Shown: positions 39,300 through 52,160 of the stretch, piece by piece
Layout of the letters: each line of letters begins with the position of its first letter
Position numbering within the stretch: the first letter of the stretch is position 1
Assembly (NCBI GenBank): GCA_053919585.1
Contig: CM132787.1
DNA: 64,000 nt
Source of the DNA: Euprymna scolopes
Taxonomy: Eukaryota
Direction: 5' to 3' (one strand)
Made by a program: the position numbers and the translations under genes
Notes under the pieces: generated by a model
The model's input: the letters and a program-made list of their open reading frames with translations, nothing else
Database searches by the model: none
What the model was told of the DNA's origin: nothing

Positions 39300-40090
39300 C
39301 AAAAATTGTAATTAGCAAAAACCTGAAGAAAGTGCTCAATACTATTGGAGAGCAAATATGTGTTTTATTTTTTATTACTGTTTATTCTGTTTAGTTACTC
39401 ATGTTTCGGTTATCGAATCGTATTAACGATCCAATGACTTCGTCGGATTTACAGATATGGTTATTATGGTTGAAAATATTATATTAGAAGAAGCACGAAA
39501 AAAGTGAAAAAAAAAACGAAAAAAGGGGGAAGAGAAAAGGAAAAAAACGGGACGGAGATCGACAATAGTTATGTTTTAAGGTTTAAAAACATTAGACCGT
39601 TGTAGAGGTTTGTGCGAGTTAAGGAATTCGGCAAGGCGCGGATAGAAACATAGGGAGAAGGATAGGAGAGAAAGAGGGAGATAGAGGGGTAAGGAAAGGA
39701 GGGGGGAAGGCTTTCAATTCTGACATTTAAGATTTAATAAACAATAGAAGGTAGTGGAGTTAGGAGGGCTTAAGCAGTTCAACCAAACACAGGAATATAT
39801 GACAGGGGTAGGGAGAGAGAGAGATAGAAAGAGAGAGATAAAAAGATACATAAAATGGATAGAGTTTTGGGGGCAGAGAGAGGGGAAAGAAATATAGGGA
39901 TAAGCATAAATACCGACAGGAAGAGAAACAAGCGATTCGACATGTGACTGTGTGTTTTCCTGCTTAGGAGTTGCGTACGTGTCAAATGTGTTTTGCCATG
40001 TTATGGGTTCATGCAGATTGGGGTGGGCGTTGTTTGCAGTAACTAAGAAGCGCTTTCTGGAAGCAGGTTGAGTTACATCGAACATAAATA
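39300..40090 (-). mobile_element. Penelope-like 3' end relic (pyrimidine-rich UTR, hammerhead-like motif)
   Basis: Minus-strand CCGACGA-stem-GAAAC-ATGA-GTA at 39387-39454, preceded by CT-rich tracts and weak GIY-YIG C-terminal remnants. Confidence 0.45.
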
Positions 40091-40336
40091 TATTTATTTA
40101 TTTAAATTCACTGACTATTAAAGGTCTTTAAGAAAGTAAAGTGAATATATATGTAAACATATATGAACATACGCGCATATATATATATATATACATATAG
40201 ATATACAGTATAGTATTTATATACACATGCATACGTACATACACACATGCACCCATATATACACATACATAAATATATACACACATACACAGGCATACAC
40301 GTATATAAACATATACATACCTATAATCCCTATATA

Positions 40337-41624
40337 CAGGAAAGTCCTTGGACAATTTTTAGTGTTCAAATTAAATATTGTTAAAATCACTTTTTCTCTT
40401 TTCGAATAAAGTAAGTATTTAGTCTAACTATTGATCTATTTTCAACAAAAATATTAAAATAATTTTGTTTAAACTTTCACTAAAAAATGAGCAAACGAGA
40501 GGCCATAATTCAGCTTTATTGCGCGGGAAGGACAAACTCAGAGATTATTAAGCTCTTGAAATTGGCTAATTCACCGTGTACCATGTTATGAACAGATTTA
40601 AGGAACTTGGTACATCTGAAGACCGTCCTAGGAGTGGAAGACCTCGCACTGCTCGAACAAAGAAGGTGATTAAAGCTGTCCGAGAGAGGGTAAGGAGGAA
40701 TCCGAAGAGATCTGCAAGACAAATGGCTAAAGAGATGAATGTGAGCGTGACCTCGATGAGAACCATCGTAAAAACGATCTCCAGTTGTCCCCCTACAAGA
40801 TGAGAAAGAGACAGTACCTCACACCTGCCCAAAAGCACAAGGGACTTGAAAGAGCAAAGATTCTTCTTGGAGAACTGAAGGCTGGCACGGCAGAGCGAGA
40901 GAGCGTTTTTTTTCTGATGAAAAACTCTTCACAATTGAAGCGACTGTTAACAATCAGAACGATAGAGTTTACACAAAATCTTCAGCAGACATTGATGACT
41001 CCGTGAGAATAGTTTTCCCGCGACAAAAGCCATCTTCCCTCATGGTGTGGGATGCAGTCTCCAAATCTTGGAAGTCGCCTCTTATTTTCGTGGAGCAATA
41101 GGTAAAGATCAACACAGATCGCTACATTAACGATATTTTGGTTCCAGCATTTGAAGAGATGAAGAAACACTTCAAAGATCAGCCTTTCACCTTCCAACAA
41201 AATGGAGCACCATCCCACACCTCCAGAAAAACTCAAGACTGGTGCCAACGTCATTTTCCAAGATTCTGGAGTAAGGAGATGTGGCCTCCTGCATCGCCTG
41301 ATTTGAATCCCATGGATTTTTCGGTGTGGTCTTTGTTGGAGGCAAATGTCTGTTCTGTTGCTCATCCAAGTGTTGATGCTTTGAAGACATCTCTTCTGAG
41401 TGAATGGGCTAAGATACCTCAGGAAACGCTGCGTGCCTCGGTTGGTAACTTCAGACAGAGAATTGAACGTCTAATCGAAAGGAAGGGGCATCACATTGAA
41501 AATAAATAATTTGAATTTATTCTTGGTTTTCTAACTTATAATTTCCATTCATGTTTAATTTATATTTTTGTAATTTTCTATGAATAAACCACTTTTGAAT
41601 TGGTCCAAGGACTTTCTGTTCACC

Positions 41625-41627
<3 letters not shown>
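40337..41627 (+). mobile_element. Tc1/mariner DD37D (maT) element, full length, inactivated
   Basis: TIRs cagg[..]aaagtccttggac / gtccaaggactttctgttcaccctt, TA-flanked. Transposase from ATG 40487 to stop 41509 with GRPR, FSDEK, QQNGAPSH and WPPASPDLNPMD. 37 residues lie between the second catalytic position (D>N) and the third D. Frameshifts and one stop. Confidence 0.92.
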
Positions 41628-41668
<41 letters not shown>

Positions 41669-41959
41669 CATTAACTTATTTTCCCCCTATGATTTTGACC
41701 TTAATAGGATTAAAAATCAAGAAATTTTATGCAAATGTAATTTGCACAAACTGCAGCACAATATCTGAGGTGTGTTATAGGCATATTACCTCTCCACTTC
41801 CTCGATAATCGTAGATTCTTATATTTTTTCTGCTGAGCGTTCACTGCAAAAATCGGTTGGTATCAATGGAAGTAGCTAAATTATTTCTCTCTAATTCATT
41901 CCTCCTTCCCCCGCCACCACTTACACCGTTTCCGTGATCGGTTACAAGGGACAATTACG

Positions 41960-42480
41960 AAGGAACACCAGTTTGCGTTTCTTTACTTCGCAGTTGCTTA
42001 AAACAACTGGAATTGAATTTTACCGTGTCTTTCCGTTCTATGCTTCTTAATTGATAAAACGCACCACGGAATTAACCGACACCGACATTCCCACAATCAT
42101 TACTTCTTATCCCTCGCATACGTTTACGTTGCTTAATTACCAATTATATTATTTCAACAAATTGCATATTATGCTATTCAAATACTCTTTTACAGGAAGT
42201 CGTGTTCTGCCATACGACTTCAGTTTACACATTGAAAATCACGTGTACTAAAATACGCGAAACGAACTAACCTTTTATTCCATATTTTACTACAACCCTA
42301 TTTTAGTTATTTATTTTATAAAATACAAATAAAACATCATTTCCGTTTAACTTCGTTTTGTAGTTGCTTAAAAAAATTGGAATGCAATTTTTACGTTCTT
42401 TTTGGTGCTATGCTTTCTACTGGGTAAAACGGACTTAACGGAATCGACTAAACTTCGGATTCCATGTTTTACTACAAACT
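41960..42480. repeat. Diverged direct duplication (~370-bp period) within an unclassified repeat
   Basis: cagttgcttaaaacaactggaattgaattttacc...tatgcttc..taaaacg (~41990) versus tagttgcttaaaaaaattggaatgcaatttttacg...tatgcttt..taaaacg (~42360). Confidence 0.6.
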
Positions 42481-43561
42481 GAATCGCTCTTAAAGTCTCA
42501 CTTATAAAACTTTTGTTTTTCTTTTAGCGTACCCTCATCGATTAACACTTATTCAGGTACCTGCACTTTCATATCACATTGCATTAAACAATCGTTAACC
42601 TCTTTCCTGTTAAGTCATTTACAATCACTAAACTCAGTTGCAGTGCCCCGAGGCGTAATTAAAATTAAACAAATTTGGTTCGTTTTGTTTTCCAGGGGTG
42701 GTGAGGAATAGAGTTTTATTTCTATGCCATTTTCCCCCCAAAAAATGGCCACTAAAAAACTGTGATTATTTCCATTTTTTTTTTTCGCCAAAAATAAAAA
42801 AAAAATTAAAAATCATTTCCGGTTGACTTCGTTTCCTAAATAACGTCCGCTGTTTACGTGTCCATAAGATTTACTCCCGTCATATATCAGCTAAAGCGTT
42901 TCATAAAGTAGTAAACTCAATATTTGAAACGTTGAAATTATTTCTTTAGTCGGTCGCAATACGGGGATTTAAAACACTTGTCATTTTTCCCTAGTTTTAA
43001 AGGCAATCAAATATCAGAAGTCAAACAACAAGAACATACATTAGTTAGTATATAACAATATTTCACTTTTTACACAATACCATTTTTTTTACAATATGCC
43101 AACAAAAAGTTTTCCCTTACTTGTAATACAACAGCAGTTGCAACCAGAAAAAGAAGTCGACGGTGGGGAAATTATCAACAGTCTCAGGAAGACGCGTTTG
43201 GTACTTTTCCTTGAACAAAAACGCAAGTCGGAACTATGGGTCACATCAGCAAGTTATTTTGGACCTAGACTCATATGAGGTGGAACAGCCTCAAACTACT
43301 GATATAAACACATGTGTAAAACTTATAAAAGCGCCAGACAGACAGGCTATATTAGAAACAATGCAGATACAAGCACTACGTACAGTTGCTCCTAAATCAT
43401 CTTTCTGGTACTTAAATAAATTCAAGCGTGCTTCCGTTACTATTTCTTGGTGGCCGAGCTGTTAACGTCGCACGTTGTTTTTTTTCACACTTTATTTTCC
43501 AACTTCTCCTCAAGTCTTCGGGCTGTATTCTTCGGACTACTATCACACCTAGAATGCTTTT

Positions 43562-43608
43562 TACACAACGTTTCGGTCGATGTAATCTCTGATTTTCTTC
43601 AGGTGTAT
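43562..43608 (-). ncRNA. Penelope-type minimal hammerhead motif (stem II decayed)
   Basis: Minus strand TACAC-CTGAAGA-AAATCAGAGATTACATCGACC-GAAA-C-GTT-GTGTA. Intact core, stem I TACAC/GTGTA, palindromic AACGTT. Confidence 0.6.
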
Positions 43609-44149
43609 ACTATCGAACTTTGGAATGTTTCTGTCGAACTCGGGAATTAGGGACAGAATTTCGAACGGGAATCTGTATTTACTTAATGAGGGTAACGTAA
43701 GTCATGACTGCATACAGCTTTTAAGTAATTGGAAATTATATTTTTAGTTCATCCGCACTGAGCCTGACACCGTTAACCATTAAACCGACATCACTTTTAC
43801 AATTGATTTTCCAAGAACGCTAACTAATTAACTTTTTGCTGTAAAAGACCATTGCCCTTCCTTTGGTAGCAATAAGCCTCCTAAAGATTCCAGTGCGTTT
43901 TACTTATCTAGTGGATATCTCGTTAGTTATTTACTCCACGTGTTTTCTTATCAACTTTGGCTTTTCACAATTTTTCGGTTTGGTATCGGTTTATACAAAC
44001 ATTAAAGTATTTTGGAGGAGGGGTTAACAGTACATTTTTAAGAAAAATCATGACATTGGAGCAGAGTTGTGGATATTGAAAACCTCGGTGCAAGAGAGGT
44101 CTTTCTATTTTATTTTGGTTATGTATTGTCTTTCAGCCATCATTTAAGC

Positions 44150-44560
44150 ATCTGCATTAGTTTCGCTTTTACAATAAAATTGAAAATTTGCTTGTTATTT
44201 TATACATTCTGAGACATTCTATTATCGATTCTTTTGGTACCATGTTGTACGCTGTTTTGTATTCAATCCATGTCTTGGATATATATTTTTTCGCACGTTT
44301 TGCAACATTCAGAATCTTTCGGTCTATGTAGAACATGCGTGTGTCTCTTTTCCTTTTCTGTATTCCTTCTGTTTCTCAAGAAGCAGTCACTTATTATGTA
44401 GGGAGAAGAGAGTTTGTTCTCTCACTTATGATGGAAAGATTATCTACATAGTTGGTAAGCAAATTAGAAACCTTGAGAGTAAGAAGGCTGTCAATTTTTC
44501 AGCGTTGTTTTAGCGTTGGGTAACTATTCTAACACGGCTGCTTCGGGGACTAATATTTTC
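44150..44560 (-). mobile_element. R4/Dong-like (RLE) non-LTR retrotransposon RT fragment
   Basis: Across frameshifts the minus strand gives QKEYRKG...IDRKILNVAK..KYISKTWIEYKTAYNMVP...IIECLRMYKI, resembling EQKGCRKG...YIDxxIL...AWIDYKKAYDMVP..WIxxCLxMYKI. Confidence 0.65.
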
Positions 44561-44578
44561 GGGTTTTATATTAGTGTA

Positions 44579-45015
44579 NNNNNNNNNNNNNNNNNNNNNN
44601 NNNNNNNNNNNNNNNNNNNNNNNNNNNNNNNNNNNNNNNNNNNNNNNNNNNNNNNNNNNNNNNNNNNNNNNNNNNNNNNNNNNNNNNNNNNNNNNNNNNN
44701 NNNNNNNNNNNNNNNNNNNNNNNNNNNNNNNNNNNNNNNNNNNNNNNNNNNNNNNNNNNNNNNNNNNNNNNNNNNNNNNNNNNNNNNNCTCATNNNNNNN
44801 NNNNNNNNNNNNNNNNNNNNNNNNNNNNNNNNNNNNNNNNNNNNNNNNNNNNNNNNNNNNNNNNNNNNNNNNNNNNNNNNNNNNNNNNNNNNNNNNNNNN
44901 NNNNNNNNNNNNNNNNNNNNNNNNNNNNNNNNNNNNNNNNNNNNNNNNNNNNNNNNNNNNNNNNNNNNNNNNNNNNNNNNNNNNNNNNNNNNNNNNNNNN
45001 NNNNNNNNNNNNNNN
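44579..45015. other. Assembly gap (N run with a 5-nt island at 44789-44793)
   Basis: Ns interrupted by ctcat. Confidence 1.
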
Positions 45016-45835
45016 AAATATTTACTATCACGTTTATAGTAGATTTATGTCTGTGGGTTTTGGATTCCCATTCATATTCAGACAATACGCTAGACTTTTA
45101 TATTTCATTTTGTTAAAGATTGTGTTAAATAATATATGATCGGTATGTTCCAAAATTATAGGACACTCATTTCTATGATTACTATATTGTCAATTGTTGA
45201 CCACTCTTCAAACTACCGCAGGTTCTTTCAGATAGATTTCCTTAATCCTTAAATATTTCTAAGTTTGGAGATTTTTAGCAAGGACTTAAGCATTTACACT
45301 CAGTCATCAATATGAACACTGCATAAGAATTGAGTGTTTCTCTCTGTACTTTTTATTACCTGAATACATGGAGCTTTAAAGGTCCACAAGTGAAGACTTA
45401 GATAATATCCCAGCAGAGGTTTATAATTAGGATGTAAAACGTAAACTGACCATTGCCTACAGTGCATATTAGACATTTTAATGAAAAGTGACACGTACGT
45501 TATCAATGCGCTGTTCACAGTATGCAAGTAGAAAAAACTATACACTTTCTAAATAATAAGTTACTTGGAATGGCAGTACAATAAACGCCTGAATCACAAG
45601 TGAATATCAGTTGTAAATAATATAGTGAAAAGACTGCCTCATACCCCTATATTGTATAGAAGAATTCGGTTTAGTTACATAATATCTATAAAAACTGTAT
45701 TGATTTCAGTAAACGAATAGATTAATCTATTGTGACAATTATTTGAAATAAGTGTCGAAAATAATAGGTATATTTCAGTCTGACACTGTATTCTATGTGT
45801 CAGTGTTAATTTACTTGAGATTGTCTACTGAGCAA

Positions 45836-45876
<41 letters not shown>

Positions 45877-46379
45877 GTTATTCATTTCCTTTTTTTTTAT
45901 TTCTTTTTTTCTGTAAATAGTGCCAACATTCGTCCTTAACTCTAAACTCCCTATTAGAAAGATATTTAGTCATATTTGTATTTCGTCTTTTTCTAGCTAT
46001 TAAGCCCTAATAGCAACCAGATGAATTAAAATATATTGAAGACCTTAATATTACCTTGCTAAATTATACTTCATTATTACCGTAATTTCTGATCGGAGCA
46101 TAGATGAATTATTCCAGGTAAAGATGGTTAAATATTATATTATACTTTAATTTCTTTAATGAATATACTTAAGAAAAAGTATATTAATTTGATACATATA
46201 TTTTTATAGAAGCAATGTCTCAGCGAATATTGAGTAAAATGTTTACAAGTAAATAAATTCTGTATTTTGCCTGCGCAAATATTGAATTATTTATATGGCT
46301 TTTCCAAGGAGTTTTACTACAAGGAACATTATGGATTACTTCATATACATTATTTTCAACTTTAAAGATTGCATAAAAT

Positions 46380-46880
46380 ATACGTTAAAAAATAACAATC
46401 CCGTCCGCAATATTCGATGGATTTTCTGCCACATTTCATAAGGTTCGGCTTCTTGTTCTGTTCTTGATAAACATTTCTGCATTCTCAGTTTTTTCCGTAA
46501 ATGGGACCATTAATTTCAATGTTTTTTAGGTATGAGCATTAGGCGCCCAACTCCTCACTGTAATCCATTCTTTCTCAAACTAAACCATTTAAATGTTTAC
46601 GTATTGAATGGGAATTGTCTTGTCGAAAAATTACTTCATATCGAAATGCTATTATTAAATATCATTTTAAAAAGGTTTTAATAAACCTGGTCCAGCATGT
46701 TAGTATAAATGGTGGGGTGCATTCTACTCTCGCATGTGTACAACATTCCAGTTCCTAAAGAAGTCATGCAACCCAAAAAATTCCTCCTTCAAATGAGACC
46801 GTTGAAATCGCACAATCGTGATGCAATGCCTCTCCCCCCTATAGTGAATATTAACCGATCAAAGGGCACAACAAATCGGG
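46380..46880 (-). mobile_element. Degenerate Tc1-like (probably DD34E) transposase relic
   Basis: Minus strand GEALHHDCAISTVSFEGG..LGCMTSLGTGMLY..., IFRQDNSH, FEKEWITVRSWAPN..NIE..WSHLRKKLR...EMWQKI. Confidence 0.65.
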
Positions 46881-47809
46881 AAAAAAGAATTTTTACAATT
46901 TTTAAATAAATGTTATTCATGTATATCCAGTTAGAAATTTCAATTGTTTTCTTCAAAGTTAAGAAAATTGTAACTGTTAACTTACTTAAAATTTAATTTC
47001 GTCAGACTAAAAAACTTTGCCCCATCAGCGAGTGTATCATTTTTGTGTTTTTATTTTTTATTTAAATTCCAGTCGTTTTTGCCTATTTGTCTGAAACACG
47101 TATGACTTGTTTCTTTCGTTTCATCTTTTGAATCTCACTTATAATAACCTTCTTCTCACTGTTCGAGCTGACATGTTTTTATTCCTTTCTACAAGAGATG
47201 CTCTTCTTTTATAAAGTTCTGTTTTTTTAATTATTTGTAGACATTTTAAAGCCTTGGAATTTTCTGTTTTTGAAATACTTGGTATCCTTGTATATTTTAA
47301 TCTTTGTTTGAACTCCTTTCCTGGAACATTCCGATTTCTTACGATTTCTAGCTGAGAATATCATTTACCAGATAAGGCAATAATGCATCTTAATGAAGTC
47401 TCTAAAAGCTGCTACTTTGGAGACATTTTTAAGAAACAGCCTTAGAGTTACAATGGATCATTTTGAATATTTGAATGGACTTAGTATTAATCTCAGCTGG
47501 AATGCTTGAGTAGGTTTTAAAACAATACATTCAACAATCTACTGTAAAATATGTTACATTTGATCTCACTTTCTCATTGTACGATTCCTTACAGTTAATA
47601 ACGTAGATTAAAATAATTTTCTCAATTTTTAATCGGCTCCCCATGATTTCTACCATAGTTGTGTATATATGCTTTTCAGAATGCAAGAGATGATGTAATT
47701 ACATCCACATTAAAGCAATGCTTGAGCTTACATGAACAATGACAGCCGACAAACTGGAAGTGAAAAAAGTCGAGTTTCTCCAAGCATTGAGGCTTATCAG
47801 TTGACTGAT

Positions 47810-47878
47810 TCGAACTTTGGATTCGAAACCTGTCTCTCTTGCGTGCGAGCCGAGTACTCTGCCACTATAGTAAAACAA
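47810..47878 (-). mobile_element. tRNA-derived SINE head
   Basis: Minus strand tactatagtggcagagtactcggctcgcacgcaagagagacaggtttcgaatcc, with A-box-like and B-box-like motifs and a tRNA-like arm arrangement, decayed. Confidence 0.6.
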
Positions 47879-48994
47879 CACACATAAGTAAGTCAATTAA
47901 CTAACAGAGATAAAGCGCGGATGAAACCCGACGAGGAAATAGACCACCTGAAATAGGCGTGTTGTCATCCAACTAACGCGAACCAAGCCGATGTCTCACA
48001 AGTAGAGATTTTACATATAAAGAAATTGAACAACATGAAAAATATGTCGGTTTCGTGTAAGCAATGCATATTTTAGTTGATTTCCGTAGATTTTAAAATA
48101 GACGTAAAACGGAGTGTTTTTGACAGTTAAGTCTCCGAATTAATATTTCCCACACTCTTTACTAATCTGAAACAGCGGTCCCATCGCTACAATATGGCAT
48201 TCGTCTGCTTGATTTACATATATCTGAATGGAATGTCATGAAATCGTTATTTGCCGCTCCCTCGACGTAAAACAGCAAACCCCCTCAAATTCTATGTGGA
48301 TACTAGCAACAACTAATAGAACATTTTATAATTCATTATATTATTTAGCCCTCATTATAATTTATAAACAATGTTTGCAAACTAATGTTAATTACATTAA
48401 TCGCTTGAATATATTTCCCATTCACTAACTTGTGTTAAAGTTAATAGTTGCATATTATTTTTTTTCTAAAACAGATTCACTCTCACAATAATCATATCTA
48501 CTGCCATTGGCGATAAAAGCTTTTATTTGTTTGCATTCATTTCTAATCGATGATAATGAAATGAATAAACTAAATGATCAGGCAAAAATGAATAAAATAT
48601 AACGCAGTTTTATTTCTATTTAAAACAATTTAGAAATTATTCTAAAGTAACTTTTATGTTTCATGCCATATAAATTATGGGGTTTCGCGCGTAAATTACA
48701 CGCTATTAAGTGAACAAAGGCGAATGATTTGAGAGTCGCATTAATTCGTTTGAACTGCCCTCAAATCAATCGAAATCATTTGAATCTGTTATCGTTTCCA
48801 ATGTAACAACGACGTATAATATTGCTTTCTTTTTTAACGGTTTACTTATTGATCGATCTGACGTCGGATACGAATTGTCTGAGCTTTCTTCGGCCAACAA
48901 TGAATACATTTTGTATAGACAATAATTTAAACCTGTGCTTTATTCAAAGACTTGCGTGCGACGCATTAAGGATCTGTTTGGAATTTTTTCGCAC

Positions 48995-50240
48995 CGACGG
49001 ATGTGCAATAAGTAATGTCCATGACCAACTTTCCATAGCATTAGAGCAACGAAACTTGGCACAGTTATTAATCTTTCTCTGCATAGGAACCACCTAGACT
49101 TATGCATTTCTCCTATCGTTTGATGCAGCTCTAGAGACCGTTTTAATAGAACACCTGGTCGGTCCTCTAACCACGACGTGACTTAAGAAATCAAGGCTGC
49201 ATCATCTGGGAAACGCTTTCCTTTTAAAAAAAAAAAACTTCATGGCTTGGAAGATGTGAAAGCCAGAGGGTGCAATGTCAGGAGAGTAGGGAGGATGGGG
49301 AAGGATTTCATATGCACACGCGCGTGCTTCTGATCTGGCGACATGCGAGTTGTGAACCGGAGCGTTTTCCTGCAAGAGGAGGGTACATTTGCTGATCTTG
49401 CCCCGCTCTTGATTTTGATAGCTTCCCTTAATTTCCTAAAAAGTGAAGCATAATAGGCGCCTGTAATTGTGGTCCCCTTTGCCAAGAAATCTGTCATCAC
49501 TACTCCGTCCTGGTTCCAGAAGACTCTGAGCATGATCTTTTCAGCGGAGGGCTGCATCATTGCCTTCTTTGGACGTGGTAAGTCCAAGTGCTTCCACTGC
49601 ATTAGTTGACCGTTGGTCTCTGGATCATAGTGATGGAACCAGGTTTCATCTTGTGTAATCAGTCTTTTGAAAACCTTTGACTCATCTTCTTGGCACATCT
49701 CCAAATTCATCATCGAGAACTCGACGCGTTCTCGCTTCTGTAATGGTGTGAGCAACCTGGGAATCCATCTGGTAGACACTTTATGCATATGCAAATGGCC
49801 ATGAATGATAGTTTCCAGGGACCCTGTACTAATCTTTACATCTTGGGCTATTTGGCGAATAGTAACGCGTCGATCATCCCAAATGGCAGTCTCAACGTGA
49901 CGGACAGATGCCTCATCAATGGCAGTAGGGGAGGCGACCAGATCTGGGAGCTGTTTCCACATATTATGGGGCATTATCACCATAAGTGTCTTTTATTTCA
50001 TCAAAAGTCTCCTGTGGTGTGCGTCCTTTCAAATACAAAAACTGGATCACTGTTCGACATTCAACAGGCTCCATTTCACACCTGCCTCAGTTCAAACACC
50101 TGTAAAACAGAAACCGCAAGTAGTCCAGAGCTCTAATTTTCTACATCACTTGTAGATATATCAATCATTGCACATGCAAGATTTTAGCAATATCCGACAA
50201 CTGTAAGTGGGTCAGGTGCATGCGTATTTTACGCCCCTTG
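48995..50240 (-). mobile_element. mariner (DD34D-type) element, near full length, inactivated
   Basis: Pseudo-CDS 49068-50074: MEPVECRTVIQFLYLKG..., WIPRLLT, ITQDETWFHHYDPE, HPPYSPDIAPSGFHIF, KGKRFPDD...CISLGGSYAEKD*. Diverged TIRs at both ends; TA at 50241-50242. Confidence 0.92.
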
Positions 50241-50334
50241 TATAGACGTATTGTTTTCGTGTAGGGAAATGTGATGGACTATTCTGATATACACTGCCAC
50301 AAGCTCTCTCTCACCCCCCATATATATATATATA

Positions 50335-50538
50335 CATGGTGACCCACAAAAAATATAGAAAGTATATCTAGAACATATTCTGTAGAACGGAGAGAAAAAG
50401 GCCAAAGACCCTAGTGCTTTGATGTGATGCTTTGGATATAATAAACTAGTTATGACCAAGGTTTCATTTCATTCGGAAAAAAACACTAAGAAACGGAGCC
50501 TAGTTATAGTCGGGCCCGTATTTTTCTGGGTCACTCTG
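50335..50538. mobile_element. Tc1/mariner-type MITE (~204 bp)
   Basis: TA-catggtgacccacaaaaaata ... tatttttctgggtcactctg-TA: imperfect TIRs with a TA target site. Confidence 0.75.
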
Positions 50539-50609
50539 TATATACGAATCGTATATTAATTGGGCTATTCAATAAGCGCTCATAAAGATTAACTTCACAA
50601 TTATTCTCA

Positions 50610-51275
50610 TATGTTTTCAAGAATTCTGGAGAAAGAACTGACCCATTAATTTCTCGCTCTATTACCTTCTTCTGCCTTTCGCCAAAATAATTTAAGCTCT
50701 GGTCTATCACTTTCTAGTAGCTAAAATCCTGACCGACAAAAATATGGATTTAGTCAAGCCCGATCCACATCAGATAATATCTGAACCTATATACCGTTCA
50801 CTGGAAAAAAAGAGGGGAGGGTAGATGGGTAGCCATAGATATATCTAAGGCTTTCGACAAGGTTGGTCATCATGTTCTTCCAAGGAAAATTAGATCATAT
50901 GATATGACTGGAAGAATACTTAATGTAATTAAATCTGTCTTAAGTAACAAAAAAATCCAGGTTGTCCTCGGCGGTCATATATCTAAGCAATATGATATAA
51001 TTGCCGGAGTACCTCAGGGGTCTCTTCTTTGACTTTTATTATTCCTGATATTCATGAATGACTTCGCTAATAAAATTGTTTCTCAGATGAGTATATTCAC
51101 TGATGACACCACTCCCTACTATAGGCACCAGCGGGAAACAAATGAGCACGTATCGCATGGAAATGGTAGAAACACTAGAGAATGACACCCACTGTTTAGT
51201 GGTATGTGGACAAAAATGGATGGTTCCATTCAATGCTGCCAATTCTAAGCTTGTTTCCTTCAATAATAGATACCA
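50610..51275 (+). mobile_element. Older, deleted copy of the CR1/Zenon-like LINE RT region
   Basis: ttcaagaattctgg.gaaagaactg.cccattaa, gatatatctaagg.tttcgaca and ggagtacctcagggg match ~57105-57785, with many lesions. Confidence 0.85.
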
Positions 51276-51599
51276 ATGTCCAAGGATTTCCTAATATACA
51301 CACCTTAAGTAGAGACCATCAAAATGGCACTCAAATACGTCAAATAAAAAAAGCAAAAGTTCATATTATATACAGACTCCATATCCTTTATCATGACTCG
51401 TTAGAGAGAAAAAAAACTAAACACCATTTAATCACAGAAATTATGCAGGAATATAATAGACTTTTTTTTTAATTTGATGGTTTGTGGCTTCTCTTGCATG
51501 TTTGAGGCTTTTTCATTTCCAGTAATTCCAACATGTCTTAGTATCTAGCCTATTATAATTTTTTGCCATTTGCAGTTGCAAATATACTAGACATGCCTG

Positions 51600-52160
51600 A
51601 AAAGAGAAAAGAATAATAAACATCTGGAAAACAGTTGGCAGAAGGAATGGAATAAGTACACAGAAGTGAAAAACAAAACGCTTTAGAAGGAAGAAGAGAG
51701 GAGAGTGTACTGAACCGAATACGAATCGGGCACACGGAACTAAGTCATTCATACCTAATCAAAGTAGAGAACCTACCAGACCGAGCACTCTGCAACCGGC
51801 AAATACCAACCAACATTTACTGTTAGAGTAAACACAAACACATGTGGAGGAAATATTTTTGGAACAGCGAGCATTGGAAAATTGATCCAAGACGTAAAGC
51901 CTCAACAAATTGTAAAGTACTTAAAGAAATACATTTATTCTTACGCCTAAAAATTAAACAAGTAACATTTTACTTTAGAAAAAGAATTGTTTTAATCTGA
52001 AAAAAACTTTTTAGGTAATTTAAAACATCTCCCTTCTGAAGATAAACCTTTCAAGACATTTAAAACATGCTTCCATGAAATTGAAGATTTTCTATATCAT
52101 CAAAGTTTTCTTGGCTTTACAAGATCTCTAGAGGTTGAAATGCCGTAAAACAATCACCCT
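51600..52160 (+). mobile_element. I/Nimb-like LINE 3' end relic
   Basis: RREESVLNRIRIGHTELSHSYLI...LCN...HLLLE resembles RREEVVLxRLRIGHTxLTHSYLL...C..C...HILLEC. Confidence 0.7.

Noticed and set aside
44789-44793. 5-nt island ctcat inside Ns
   Set aside because: Assembly or gap-filling artefact with no biological reading.
47810-47878. Functional tRNA gene (also 38265-38350)
   Set aside because: Acceptor and T stems do not pair properly; better explained as SINE heads.
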